From Puccinia triticina (lineage: Eukaryota), in contig CP110439.1 in the NCBI GenBank assembly GCA_026914245.1, positions 1,922,001 through 1,986,000 on the forward strand: a stretch of 64,000 nucleotides of DNA, given 5' to 3'. Both the position numbers and the translations under genes were made by a program. Every line of letters begins with the position of its first letter. Position 1 is the stretch's first letter. Under the pieces are notes generated by a model that was not told the DNA's origin, searched no databases, and saw nothing but the letters and a program-made list of their open reading frames with translations. Below, one piece after another: positions 34,951 to 48,719 of the stretch.

Positions 34951-36159
34951 AGCCTTCAATTTTGATCCATTGAGTTCCGATTTTGCGAAGCATAACTGAT
35001 ATCCAGGCCATTTTGTCAAATATCCGCAGCGGTTGCGTGTAGCCCTATGGACGACTTTTAAAAAAGAAGACTGGGGATAGAGCAAGGATAAGACCTGGTT
35101 GTAACTGACCACAGTTTGATTCCTGAACTACCATTCTACATTTTCCATTTCAGTATTATTTGGAGGAGATGATAGAGGAGGTCACTTGATGTAAAACTTA
35201 CAGGGCTGATGCCTGATTAAAATCTGGCATATAATTCTTCCACTTCAATCAAATGGTTCATAGCTAGCACAAAAAAGAGCCACAAAAACCAAATTTAATT
35301 CTATTCAGTTTATACCCCTCTTCCCATGTGATTCATTAAACTTATTTTTAGGCTTGCAATAACAACATTTGGGCCTTGTTTGAACTTCCCTCTACACATA
35401 ACAAATTTTCATTTTTATAATATGTGGCTTTCTATACATTTAGTGGAGCCTCTTCATAATTGGGGCCCATTCATAAAGATGTATGAATGGTTTAACATTA
35501 CTTGTAAGAAAGAAAGTGAAGAGACAAGAAACTAAGGGTGTGGTGTATTCCCAACTCCCCCCATATTGAGTCTGAAACTTGGGAGCTAAACTTTTTAACA
35601 GCCAGGAAAGAATCTCCATTTATACCCTACATATTTCAGTCTGATACCCTGGACCCAACCACAGGAACAAACCTCCATTTATACCCTACATATTTCAGTC
35701 TGATCCCCAGGAGCTCACCAAAATCTGAGTTTCACACTCCACTTTTGTTCCAATCACTCAAATATTTTCCATATCCAACTGCCTTATTACCCTTAGAACC
35801 AGTTGTTTTTTGTTCCGCCTCCACAAGTCCTTTGATACATTCTCTCCGTTATTTCCCACCAACTCTTGCCTTTTTCTAATCCTGGCTATGTATATTCATT
35901 TTAGATTCCTTTACTTCCCAGTTTACGTATCTCCACTATTCCTGGTTCTCATTCTGGCTCTTGGCTAAGCACAGATAAAACTTGAGTTCTGCCACTTCCA
36001 GCAGGACTGCAGCAGCTCTGCAAGAAGAGGCTTACAACCAAATATCTTTTGTTTCATCTCTGCAAGTCTCCAATACATTCCCTCCATTCTTTCCCTTCTG
36101 TAGCATGGGCTCCGCAGTGCAGGCTCTCATATGTACATAGCTTACACAAAAATTTCATG

Positions 36160-36290
36160 GACCAAACTCTCAAGGTTTGAGAGGCTGGAGATCCAGACTG
36201 CCTCATCCTGCAATCTACCATCTTAGGATCCAGAATCCCAGAACCCCAGAAACCAGACCATCTCTTTCTCTCCACAGACTAGACCTTAAC
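36160..36290 (+). mobile_element. LTR fragment related to the 52903-53203 LTR
   Basis: gctggagatcca...cctcatcctgcaatctaccatctt(a)ggatccagaa is shared with ~52930-52985. Confidence 0.6.
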
Positions 36291-37032
36291 AAATCACAGC
36301 TATGTATCTCCATTTTATATTCCCTCAATTCCCAGTTAACATTCTGGCTTCTTTCCTGGTGGAATGAAATTTCCTTCAATCTTATGCATGAATCTTGTAC
36401 CTGGCAGTGCATAGAGATGGCTGGAATTTCCTTGTGTGCCTGTCCCCCTGGACCAAGGCAAATTACTGTCTGATCTCAGTAGCTGTTGTATCCACCCATA
36501 GATGCAATTGGAGCTCCCAAAAGCTCTGGAATTCAGCATGGGTTGATACAGGTAAATGTCCATCTATGTTGATTTCTATTTTGATTTGTCTGTTTAATGT
36601 CTGGCTTGGTTATGCAAGTTGCTGGGCCCAACATTGTGGAGATCTCTTGGCCATGTTGGGAGACTTGCACTACATTCACCAATGTTTCCAAGACTCATCG
36701 ATCTTTACCCAGTCAAAAGCCTGTCTTTTTGTTAACAATGCCAGTCATCTTTGTGATCACACTTATGCACCCATAGTTTTTTTATTTACATTCAGCTAAT
36801 CTTTATCTCATTTCCTTGGTTGCTTTGTCAACCATTCCAAGGCTACAGTGCTGAGATGGCCTGTACCACAGCAACAAATTTCAATTTTGGATTTCAATTT
36901 CAATGTCACTTTCTTCAAAGTATGAAATTCATACACCCAGTATTGCTGAAACCACATAATGAGCAACACTTGGTACACCATTTTTGGGAAAAGTATATCC
37001 CATGTTGATTTGCAAAAATTGGTGTCTATGGT

Positions 37033-37260
37033 ACAGGCACCGGGTACAAAAGTGTGACATGAATGTGGATCAGGTTAACCTGTCCTGCAGGTGTTACATG
37101 ACAGGCAGCACCTGTGAAATTACAGGTCAATTGGTCAGACCAGGCACAGGCACCGGGTGCAAAAGTGTAACATGAATGTGGATCAGGTTAACCTGTCCTG
37201 CAGGTGTTACATGACAGACAGCACCTGTGAAATTACAGGTCAATTGGTCAGACCAGGCAC
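37033..37260. repeat. 113-bp direct tandem duplication within a probable decayed DNA element
   Basis: Units start at 37033 and 37146 (acaggcaccgggt.caaaagtgt.acatgaatgtggatcaggttaacc...). Surrounding DNA is rich in catgac/gtcatg/acagg motifs. Confidence 0.85.
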
Positions 37261-37897
37261 CTGTACAAAAGCTGCATGACCTGTCACATGCCCAGTGACT
37301 GTGCACTGGGTTTCACAGAGCTGTCATTCTCATGACAGCTCCATAACTTGAAGTCATGCATTCCTGACAGGTCATGGCACATGCAGGTCTGTCATGACTT
37401 GTGACAGGACTGTGTAACCTGGTTACGACATATTTTTGCACGCGGCGAGGGCTCCCCGATGATTCTGAAGCAGTAAGTTGGATGAAATTTTTTTGATAAA
37501 CGGCATACAAAGTGTTAAAGAAACCGACATGAACTAGCTTACTTCCAGAGCTCACAACCACACAATAATTTCAAGCTTGAGTTTTCCAGCTCACAATACC
37601 CAATTGATTAAGCACGATTGCATTGCTTGTGAAGTATAGCGCTTCAAGTGCTTGCAGCTCGAAGCCGAGCGGGCAAAACAGACTTGAGTTTGAAGGAGCT
37701 ACGAAGATTGTTTACTCATATGGGGTAGCTTAGAAGGAACAAAAAATTGCAGCATGTATGATGGACTAAAAACTGGTCCTTTTGATAATGAAATGGGATA
37801 GAAGAATGCGAGATGATAATATGAAATGAAGTGTGCGGGAAAATTCGACCCAAATGGAAATGCGAGACTATTGTACGTGGGGGCGATTTATGGCAGT

Positions 37898-40651
37898 TCA
37901 CTCAGAAGAAGCATGAAATGCGCGACTGTTTTGATAATGATTTTGTAGCTGAAGATTCTGAACATATAAGAGAATAAAAGCTCGAAGCATATTACCTGGT
38001 TTGTGTTTAACGCCAATAAGGATTGTTCGGATGGCTTGCCGTCTGTGGTGCGAAGATCGGTCAGCTTCTGACTCAAAGATATGTTCTTGGATGAGCAGGC
38101 GATGGGGCAAGAGAGTGTGTACTGGCCCGATAACTTACGTTTCCATTAGTTTGCTGCTGGGGAGCTTGTTGCCCGTTAGCGGCCGCGGGTTTGTTCGGTA
38201 GCATGAAGGAACGGGCCGAGGTAGCATAGTTTGGAACGAGGCGAGGTGCGTTCTGGGCTAGGGTGGCATGTCGAAGAGATGCAGGGTCGTGCGCATGATG
38301 AGCGCCGGGCTGACTTGGGAAAGAGTTGGTGGCTGCTGGCTGGCCGTTACTCAGCGGGTTTGCGCTGTGAGGTGCCATATTTATTGACGCTTGAGCTCGT
38401 TGAGCCAGCGCTCGAATCGCAAGGTTGTCGAGGGGAGGGAGTCCGTCCGTGCTAGATCGAGTTTGAGCCACAGGGCGGGTCGAGGATGGATTTTCGTTTG
38501 CCATCGAAGTGGGCTGGGGCTGAAACGGTGTGGTGGGTGACTTGGAAGCACCTTGGCTTAAAGGCACAGGCGCAGAGCGACGCGGTCTTTTAGGTAGTGA
38601 CGCTGTCGACGTACTGGGACTCGAGGCAAGGGTTGGGTCAGGGGTAGGCGCGTCCCTTTTGGCGGCGGTTTGAACGGACAGGTTACGCCTGGCCATGTCG
38701 CGCAAACCCGAGCCTTCAGGTTTGGGGTCCTCTGCAAGCGCCGGCTGGGGGGTTGGGTGAGGTACAAACCACCCCTGGTATTTGCCTTTCAGCCTGGTCA
38801 AGTCGAAGTTGTGGATCCAGTTCGCGGACCAGGTCGTGATGGTGGTGTTACTTTTCACTTCATTGGGATACTTTTTTCGGACTATGCAGCGGAGCACATT
38901 GCGGTCAGTTCAATCCGGTCAGTTAAGTAGACGACTGCAGCCTACCGTCAATTTTGTACAATTCCACCATCTCCAGCACCTTGCCCTTCGTTAGGTTTTT
39001 AGCGTGTACCGAGATTAAATACGGGATCCATACCATCTCGACGGGAGCGATCATTGTTCTCTTGCCCCTTTGGATGGGGTGAAATAATGCGTCGGGGGTT
39101 GCTAATGCGACCGTGTACGGTGTCATGGGAGGCGCAAGCGTTGAGAGGTCCATGAAGTAGTCAAGAATTTCCTTGACTTCTTTTTTGAGATCCGCGGGGA
39201 CCGGGGATGTGGAAAGGGAATCGAGTTCCTTCTGAATTTTGACGGTTCCAAAATATCGCGGGGGATCGGGCGAATTGTAAGTTCTGTCCCGTATTGTAAG
39301 GACGATCTCCGCCATGGTTTTGAAATCCTAGGATACACCGACACAGCGTCAGTGCAGGACATGAGGGAGAAAACCTATCTTGTTACTCACAGTGCCCCGC
39401 TTCAGGTTGGCTATCCTTCCGCACCAACCGTTAGGATTTTCGTCGTTTCTCACCATATATTGCTCGGTCAACTCGCCGACGTAGCATCCCCAACTGAGAA
39501 ATATGTCAGAACGCTGGTCAGCAAATCAACAGACTTGAAGAGGCAGTGATGTTTGAGTACTTACGGGCCGGAAGAGGCGTGCATTTTCTCTCCCGCAGTC
39601 AGAGGTTTGCCCTCCTGGACGAGTCTGAATATATCCCGCTCTTGAAGCTCGGTTAGCTGGTTGTACATCGCAGCAGTCAGCCCACGAGCAAGGAATATCT
39701 CTTGCTGCTCCTCCGTAAGGAGCTTTCTTGACGGCTGCGGCGGATCGGATTGCTTGAAAAACAGCGGCTGCTTCGGCTTGCTGAAGATTGTGCCAGGATA
39801 ACGAGCAGTCAGACATCTAGTAACGAAGGGCACGGGGGGCCGAATAAGCCAGTACGTACATGTACCAAGGGATTACCCCATCGAGGAACCTAAGCAGGTG
39901 AGGAGAAGGATCAAAAACAAGGATGGGGCAGTCAGTGACCGAAGCATAGAAACCACAGGAATAAATATAGCTCTCACAGTTTGATACTTGTGAGGCGTTG
40001 CTTGCCGTCCATGCAAACCCATCGGGCTTTGCGTTTTCTCCCGAAACGATCGACAGTAGCTGGTCGTTCGCTGAAGAGCAAAGTTGGGACCCACTTACTA
40101 CGAATTGAAAAACGCGCGTTAACTGCATGTTCTGTTTTTATCTGAAATTGGTAGAGCAACCAGAACTGACTTTTTTAATATCGAATCGATAAGTGCCGAT
40201 TGGGCACTGTCCACACAAAACAAGGGTTAGCTGAGATCGTCTCAAAAAACCAACCTGCCAAGCTTACGGCTTGGTCCATACGACATCACGCTGGTAGGGG
40301 GGTGCGACGTCTATGCCCTTGCTAGCAAAAAGTAACAAGCGTACGTTGTAAGTCCACAATCACCGCGTCGAACGTCGAAAGAGGCCTACTTATTCATTCT
40401 GCTGTACAATTCCTGTTTGATATGAAAAAAAGGTGGATGAGTATGACTGTTCGAAAAAAAAAAAAAAAAAAACGGCAAAAAACCAGTGATCCGAGTCAAA
40501 CGGAAGAGCTTCTCACCCTAGTTGACCATACACGACAGTTAGCGCTTTGGAGGGCGCCAGGAATGATGTTCTGATCGACATCCGCTTCGCTTCCTTCGCC
40601 CTCCAGTTGATCTGACTCATGGTCGGAGTCGGTGACGTATCCGATAGGCAT
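37898..40651 (-). CDS. DUF262 (GmrSD N-terminal / ParB-Srx fold) domain protein with low-complexity C-terminus
   Basis: Many small exons give IDVAPPYQRDVVWTK|AQSALIDSILK|WVPTLLF...WVCMDGKQRLTSIK|RFLDG.IP...YNQLTELQERDIFRLVQEGKPLTAGEK. These match the QR, DGQQR and FxxxN-type motifs. Start and final exons approximate. Confidence 0.82.
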
Positions 40652-43518
40652 GGTGTGCGCTGGAGTGGCCAACACATAAAGTCATGGGTTAGTCAGTCAA
40701 GGAATGGATGTGATGTGTTGGGAAGGAAGCGTCGAGGAGGAAGTCGAGGATTGGCTGGCCCCGGCATCCCGGGGCGAAGCGTCGAGACAGGCACAAGGCG
40801 AACGCGGAAAGATGTGTTTCCGTAAGGAACGAGCCTCATGGAGTCGGGACCCGCAAGCCGGTTGCTGTATACATGATGCAGCGGCGCGACCGGGTGACCA
40901 GTTGCGGCCGGCTCGGAGGGGGTTTCTCGGAGTGTTCCCGAGCGGGGTTGAAGAGCGGAGAAGAGGATGGGCTTACAAGCTGTGTAGGTGTCCTATGTAG
41001 CAAGGGGCACGGGTTGGAGGGCGCAGACCGACAGGAGAGCCGACCGAGAGAGGAGTCGAGGCCGTCTCAAGTGAGGTGAAGAGCTGGGATGGGATGTATG
41101 GGAGTGAAAAGGACAGCTGGTGTGTCTGGTTATGTATTTAAGTAACTGGCTGGTGAGCTATGTAAGATCTCTGTTCAGCAGCAAGATGGAAGATCTAATG
41201 AAGTGTGTTTGTTTGAGGCCGGAGATGTATCTGGAGGGAGCAGATTGACTGGAGAACAAAGAGAACAAAGAGTATGTATTTGTGTGGTGTGGTCAAGTCT
41301 GCGAGTTTCAAGAGGGATAATTGGATGGATGGGGGACAAAGGGTCAGAGATCTGGTTATTTGGGATGGAGGAAGGATTAAAGGATGGGGTGGAAATGTAC
41401 ATGTACATACTTATATTGCAGATTGGGATAAATACATGTAGGAGAACAGCTGTCCAATTTACTTGCAACTTCCACAACAAGGCACAATCAGATAAACCCA
41501 TGAATCCATGTGGATTTCATTCAGCAAGCACTGCCCAGCCCAACCACAAACTAATCCAGTTCAATTTTTTCCCTCCTAAGTGCATATGTAGCGTGCCTGT
41601 TGCTCTTTATGTGAAAAAAAATAGCTCTGTTTCAGGGTTTTTTTTACTTGGCCCAAACTGGTCCAATGTGAAAGGGGCATTTTATAGGGTTTGAGCCATG
41701 GGGCAGTGAAGGGTTCATCTTTCAGGGGACCCTGCATGGACCTCCTGATCTGTGGGAGGTCAGCTGGCACCAGCGCTATGTAGTGGATGAAAATGGAAAC
41801 TTACACATCCAAACACTCCCATGTAACACAACTAAACACAAAACAGCAAAAAAAAGGCTGGAACTTGATTCTTTTGTTGACTGTGTTTGGATATGTGGGA
41901 GATTCAAAACCCATCCATATTTTGTCCGCAGGGAGTGAAATCTTCATGCGGACTGACAAACTCATGATGGGTGACGCCATGTATGAGCGAAGCAGTTCAC
42001 GCAAGTTTGGGCAAGTTTGAAGTATTTTTGTGAGCTGTGTTTCTTCCTCCGTTCAATCGGCGGCCGGTTACCATTCTCACATAAACACTGTTGACCAAAA
42101 CCCTAGGCCTAATGAGGTAGAAGTGGGCAACGAAGCATCTCGATTCTCCATCGCGCCTTCAGTTGCGAAAGCCAAATGAGTTGCCGATTGATACCAGATG
42201 GCAAGCAATCAAGTGCTTATACTGACCCCTGCAGAACAAAATAAGCTCAACGGAACAGAGAAACCAGACAGATTGGATCAGTGCAACCAACTCCTAGTTT
42301 CCATGGACTCGAGCCAAGTTCCTCGGCTGTGTTGGGCAACACGGACAGCCAAGCAATCTAATTGGAATCAAGGTCTGGACTCTGTCTCCAACAAAACAAA
42401 ACAAAAACATGGAGACTGAAGGGGGTTTGTCAAATATTCATAGAAAAATTGGAGGGCTCCTGTTTTCCTTTGCAATCTTGGTTCAAGTCTGTTCAAATGA
42501 GTTTGGAGAGAAATGCCAGGCTTTATAGTCTTACCCTAAGGAAAAAGATGTTTATGTACATGGATATTACACAAAAGACCTTCAGTGGCCAATATTCAAA
42601 ATTGGGCCACATGAGATTCATGAAATGTCTTGAGGAATACATAAACAATCATAGCAAACTTCACAGTTAAGACAAGGAGTGCATACACCAAGCAATCCTA
42701 AGAAACATCATGCAATTCACACAGGCTAAAACATGTTTGAGCCAAGCCTTTCATTGAATATGTGGCCATATATCACCATCCTTTTTGAATTGAATTCCAC
42801 ATGGATATTTTGCTGTCACAACTATATGGCCAGATCTGACATATGCTGGTATCATTCTGTTTTCAGTTGGGGGTTTGCCCCACAGATGTTTTTTCTTTGT
42901 TGCAAGACCTACCTATGTACTTACTGCATAGAGGTCTAGACCCAAAATCAAACTGTGACATGTTTCAGTGACAGATATGGGCTTACAGGTCCTATGTACA
43001 GGGAGTCATTCAACATCTGATACATACTGCAATGCTGCGACATAAAATCTCAAATGAGTTGTAAACAGTGCCTCCAGGAGGCATTTAATACCATTGAACT
43101 CTTTGTAACCCCACCTCCAGCTTGGGATTCAAGTGGTTGGGTAAGCTGTATGTACAATCCCAGCTAAAAACCAACATCCCAAGAAATGAACTTGATCAGT
43201 CCAAAAACCTACCCAGGGTGAAACAATTGCTTCCGACAATAGGCTCGTAGTGTTGCTGACCCATGGCCAGCCCCACTTAGTACAATAGTAAGGCACGCTT
43301 GAGGATGGAAGTGTGGACCTGCGGAACGATGAGATTACATTGCAATAATTGGAATTAGAATAGACAGTAGACAGTGGACAATATATTATGATTCATGATA
43401 AATATTCAAAACAAGCATTCTGAAAACAAGAGAGCTGGGTCGATGGTGGAGGAGAAAACGACCGAGAGGATGAACTGATGGAGAGGAATTTGAGAGCCCA
43501 AACCGACGGAACCCGGCT

Positions 43519-46500
43519 TCACGAACGAGGCGTACTTTGATTATGAGCATGAATCCCATCAAGGAAGTTGGTATTGAAAGACATTCCCTCGTTAACGGTC
43601 ACGTCCTCGGCCAAGAAGGGGGGCTCTTCTTTTAGACAGGAGATCGTTTTCTCCCCCGAGTCGTCGCCATCAAGCTCCAAGTCGGGCTGGTCCCAGTGAA
43701 ACATAGAAGGATCCCTGCGGGACGGATGCTGACGAGGTTTGGACAGTTCGGGAGGGACGCAGAGAGGCTCGACAGCACGCTGAGTGATTGACAATGTCGA
43801 CTCGTTAGATGAGGCGGAGTTTTCCGCCTCGATTCGCTGGCGCTTCTCTTGCGGCCCATCTTCCCCATCACTTTCTTCGTTGATAGTCGGGGTCATGCCA
43901 AGGTCATTATCCAGCTGGAGTATATCCTGGTGCAACGCGGGTGGACGCGGAATCCATATCGTGTCTTCGTGATCAAAGTCTACTAAGAGCCCTTCTGGAA
44001 TGACAAGTTGCTTGGATCCTCCAACGCCATCATCCTGGATGGGTGAAGATAGAGTCGTTACGTCCCCAATCTCATTGTTAGCTTCAATTTTCCCATTCTT
44101 CGCGGCCGGAGTGGAGTTGAGGCGGGTCCGGTGAGGAGTTGCACGTGAACGCGGAGATTGCTGCGTTTTGGTGGATTTTCTTGCGGTCCCTCTGGCATCG
44201 ACGTTCCGCGCGACTCTGGCCCGATTACTCAGTCCTATAAAAGGCGAGTTAGGTGAAGGTGGCAATGGGACGCTCATCGGAACAATCAAATCATCAGGCA
44301 GCCGTGTACAAATCTTGGGGCCCGGAGTGCCGAAGGTAGATAGAAAAAATGGGTGAGGTTTTGCGAGAACATTTGTCGATTGGCTAGGAAGGGATTGGTG
44401 GAATATCGTCCGATGGGTGATTGCGACAGGTTCGGAAGGGCCAGATTGGATAGCGTCATGTGTGGATGTCGTATCTGTAGGAGTCGACGAAGCAACCTGT
44501 GCCACTGTAGAGGGCGCTAAGACTCCGGGGGGCAGTACACTATCTGAGACTGGTGGAGGATCTACTTGTGGTCGAGATTCTGAAGAAATCATGGGAGTTG
44601 ACAATACTGGTGGGAGCTCTGAGGATGGTGGTGTTTGTGAAGGTAATAGATTTGTTGAAGGTGGTACAGGTTGCGATGATGACAGAGGTCCTGGGGTTGA
44701 CGGTGAGTCCGGTTGTGATACAGGCTGGGATGCGGGAACTGAAGGAGGCATTGAAGATAATGGATGTGCTGAAGATGGTGTTGGTGAAATGGGTAAAGGA
44801 GTCAAGGCAGGTAGTCGAAGGGCTTCCGGCAACTGCTCCACTTCTATAGGCACTTTTGAGCGTTGTGTAGTGAGTTTGTCTGAGACGGAAGTTGTAGATG
44901 GTCCCGATTTCGAATTGATATTGGGGTTTGCGGACAATGGATTTGAAGTAGTGGTAGCATTGGAGGATCCTTTTGAAAAAGACTTAGTGGGCTTGAATAC
45001 TTTTATTGTCTGCTTGATAATTGGTACTGGCTCTTCAGCTTGATTCTTCCTCGCGCGCGAACGAACGGATACATTGAGTGTGTTGGTCACTAAAGGTACG
45101 GTAGTCGGCTTATCATTGGAAGGTTCCGGCACCGCCCGCCTGGGTAGGGGCCGCGTTTGCATTGCAGGCGGCAGCGGCTGGGGTGGATGCGAGGGTTTGG
45201 AATCCGCTTGAGCTGTACCAGAAGTCGATCGTGTGGGTTTGAAGCTAGCCTTCGGAGGTTCATTCGAGACATTAGACGCGACTGCCTTAGTCGAAGGTTG
45301 ATGCTGGGGCACTGAGGTGGAAGGAGGCTTGATGGCGACATCTTTGCCGGGCTGGGTACCAGTGGATTGAATAGGCTGAAGAGGCACTCGAGTCGCTGTC
45401 CGAGGCTTTCCGATCGCATTGCCAGCGGGCAGATCAACTTGAGGGGGCAGGGGGACACGCTGAGCTCTCATCGTAGAATTGGATCGCTTCACTGCTAGCC
45501 CCGATGATTGGGCTTGATGAATCGAACCTTCCGGTGGGGTCTTGGTCCGAGTAGACATAACCCTAGCGCGTGCCGGCCCGCGGGTAACAGAAGGCTCGCG
45601 GTGCTCTGGATCATCTGGCGGTAGCGGAATCTTGATGGCTTTTTGAAGGGTGGCCAAATCACCAGACTTTGGAAGCGCTGAGTGAGAATTATGAGACTTG
45701 ATCGATTTGGAAGTATGTGCATTGGCGGTCTTGGCAGTAGGAATCTCAGCAACATGCTTTGATCCTGTTCGGTGATGTCCACTCAGCGGAGGCTTGTCGC
45801 GACTAGTGTTTATTTCTCGATTAGTCAAACCGTTGCTCGAAGCCTGAGATGTATGTGATGAGTTGAGAGTAGAGCCATTTCCAATTCCCAAATACCGTTT
45901 GATGGTTGGTGTTAACGGCTGGGCAAGGCTGAAACAATTTTCTAATCAGTAAAGATCATTACCAATTTGATAAACAGAAACGAAGGGGAATGTAGCCAAT
46001 GGACTAGAAGTGTGATTTACCTCGCGGCGCGGCTTGGCCATTGTTGTTCATACAGCTCCCATATTCGCTTGAAAATTGCCCTGACTTTTGGATCTCGATC
46101 TCTTCCACCAATCTTGATCGCGTTTTCTATGTCATTTAAACGCTTGTTCAAGCCATCTTTGATCGTCGACCTCGGTTTTCTGGATTCGGAGCCATTAGGA
46201 TCATCCACGGCCTCGGACAGACAACATAGAAGCGCGTCGGCACATCCGATTCTTATTGTGACTGATTTCTCTGAGATGCCATCGAGCAGATAAGGTATGA
46301 ACCCGAGTGACTTGGTACCCTTGATTAGCGAAGTTAGGGTGATGGTAGCGCGAGTGACGTAAATCTTGGATGCTCTTCCAAGCAGCTTGACGACTGTCGG
46401 TACGTAGAACGGAACCGCGCTATCCCAATAGCTCCCTAGGCGGGAAGTCGCGGCAACGAGGTCGAGAGCCGAACCACTCAAGCGGGTTCGCTCAGTCGAC

Positions 46501-46824
46501 ATGGCGCTCACCAGGCCTCGAACGATTTCGGTCTCTTTCCACCGTTTGAGGAAATCGTCCGGATGTTCACATGCACCACCCCGAATGGCGGCTGTGAAAC
46601 GCTTAAGGCTAGCATCAATGTTTTGCCAGGTGTCTTCTGTTTCCTCGATCGACAGGGCCTCCTTGAGTAGATCGAACTCGTGGTGACATTGGCTCGCCGA
46701 TGTTATCTGTTGATGGTTCGTGAAGTTTGATTTCTCAATCAGATCAGCTAACTTGGGAAGATACAAATTGCTTACGGAGGAATCGACTTACTCGAACCGG
46801 TTCTTCAAGCATTTTTTTGACCAT
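43519..46824 (-). CDS. CLASP N-terminal (TOG/HEAT) domain protein with long disordered Pro/Ser/Thr-rich tail
   Basis: Exons ~46824-46792, 46706-46021, 45928-43519. Motifs ETEDTWQNID..LKRF...RGGA, STERTRLSGSA, VPTVVKLLGRASK, DRDPKVR, PLTPTIKRYL. Confidence 0.85.
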
Positions 46825-48719
46825 CTTTGAAATACAATCTGTGCGTTGGTGTGGAGCCGAGGGAACATAAATTAGCTGTTGGCAAGGACTGTAGGCTGGC
46901 TCGGGGGCGGTAAAGCGTGGCACCCGAAGCTCTGACGGGGTGGGAGACATGTCGGAGACCCGTCAGGCCCCGGGTCCCCTCGGAGAGCAGGTCTACCGTC
47001 TAATGTGGCCAACTTGCATAAAAAGACCTCATCAAGTGGGTCCTTTGTACTTTCCTACAATCCAAGCATAAAGGCTCATTCCATAGCCACACGGCTTGCC
47101 TCAAACAAAAGAGGACCTCTCTCAGACATCTCAACAGAAGCTGGTGAAATCGTCTGAAGGACTTGGGAACAATGGGCAAGAAAGGCTGCTATTTTAACAC
47201 ATGTGCAATGAGATTAGTAAAAAATTGGACACGGATAGAAGAACAAGAAGCGTTCGTTTCATGGGCTCTGATAACAGAGGAAAATCGAAGCCAGAAGAAA
47301 AGCGCTTGGCTATTGGTTTCAAGGCGATTATGTAGTACTAGCAGGTCACAGGTGGATCTGGAAGGTCCATTTGGATTCAGAGACAATTGTAGAGGAATAT
47401 TAAAATCTGAGTGAATAGATGAAGCGACTGCGAAGGGTCTCTCGCCAACTGATGGCAAAATTTACCTTGTTGGAGTGTCGTGAAGTGCTGATTTACCTCG
47501 AGGTATTCCTGAGATGCAAGGGATTGATATCCTCTGGTACATAATTGGTCACTCACACAACACCCTTCGAGTCGACTGTTATCCAATCGCACATTTTCGG
47601 GTAATGTTTACATGAAACAGTTGGAGCAGATGTTGTGGTGGCCCCTCTCGTGGCCAGCTAGTCAGGATCATCGCCGCCGCCAGGATTGTCATCAAGAGTC
47701 CAGTTTCAGTTTCATTCCTCAAGTCTCAAGAAACATCAAGATTCTCAAGACCCTCAACTCCCCCATTTTTCCTCATCTTTCACCCTTCTCTTCCATACTC
47801 CTTCCCCCCTCTCTTTTTTCATCTGCTGTGGGTTTATTCCCTGGTTTCTTCTGGTTCTCTTCCTTCTATTCTTTTTGTTCTGTCTGTTTTGGCCTGAGTC
47901 TTTCTGCTTCCTCCTTCCTCTTTTCCTTCTCCTTTCCTCTGGTTCTTTTTCTTCTGTCTCCTCTCACTTTCATTTCTTTGTTCTTTGACTTGTGTTCTCT
48001 GTTTCCTGTTTCTCCTGTTTGTTGTGTGTGTGTGCGCGCGTAGCGCGCGGAGGAGATGATGAAATACACGTGACATGTGGCTCTCCCGGAGTCCAAGTTC
48101 GCCGAACTTGGATGATGGGAGAGGCATGGCATTCTGATCCCCAGAATACGGACCATCAAGATTCAGAGATCATATCTTCAGAGTTCAAACTTTCGGGCTC
48201 CGTCCGCCGATCACCTTTCATCCAGAATCCCAGATCCTTTCTTTCTTCCTCTTTAAGATCACCCTCATCCCTTTTTCCTCAAACAAAACAACCGCCGCCG
48301 AGGATCCAAAACCCCGGCGAACCTCTCAAAACCACTCCAACCACAAAAGCTATCCCAGATCCCCACCCATTTCAGCGCCCATCTCGACGGACCACTCACC
48401 ACGAGGGCAGCCTAAACAGCATCCATCCCCTCACCCGACTGCCGCCGCTTAGCACGGACAGGAGTCCCTCAATGTGCAAGAGTATTTAAATTATTATGCA
48501 AGAAAAAGTGGATTAGATTCCTACATCCAACAAGAATCGATGATAGATAAAAGAATTACATGGTGAAAAGTCTAAAATGCTAATATTTGTTATAAAAAAC
48601 GATATCAAATTCGCCGGGAGCTTCGGTAGAGATGCTGTTAGGTCGACCAACAGTAGAATGATTGTGTGCCAGCCCTCATAAACCAAGCCGCGTTTTTCTC
48701 GTCTCCATTCCTGTACTGT

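Noticed and set aside
44417..45043. 208-aa Gly/Val-rich ORF on the plus strand
   Set aside because: It is the antisense shadow of the Pro/Ser/Thr-rich CLASP_N gene tail.
47605..48525. Possible solo LTR (TG...CA, low complexity)
   Set aside because: No TSD or second copy in the window to fix the boundaries.
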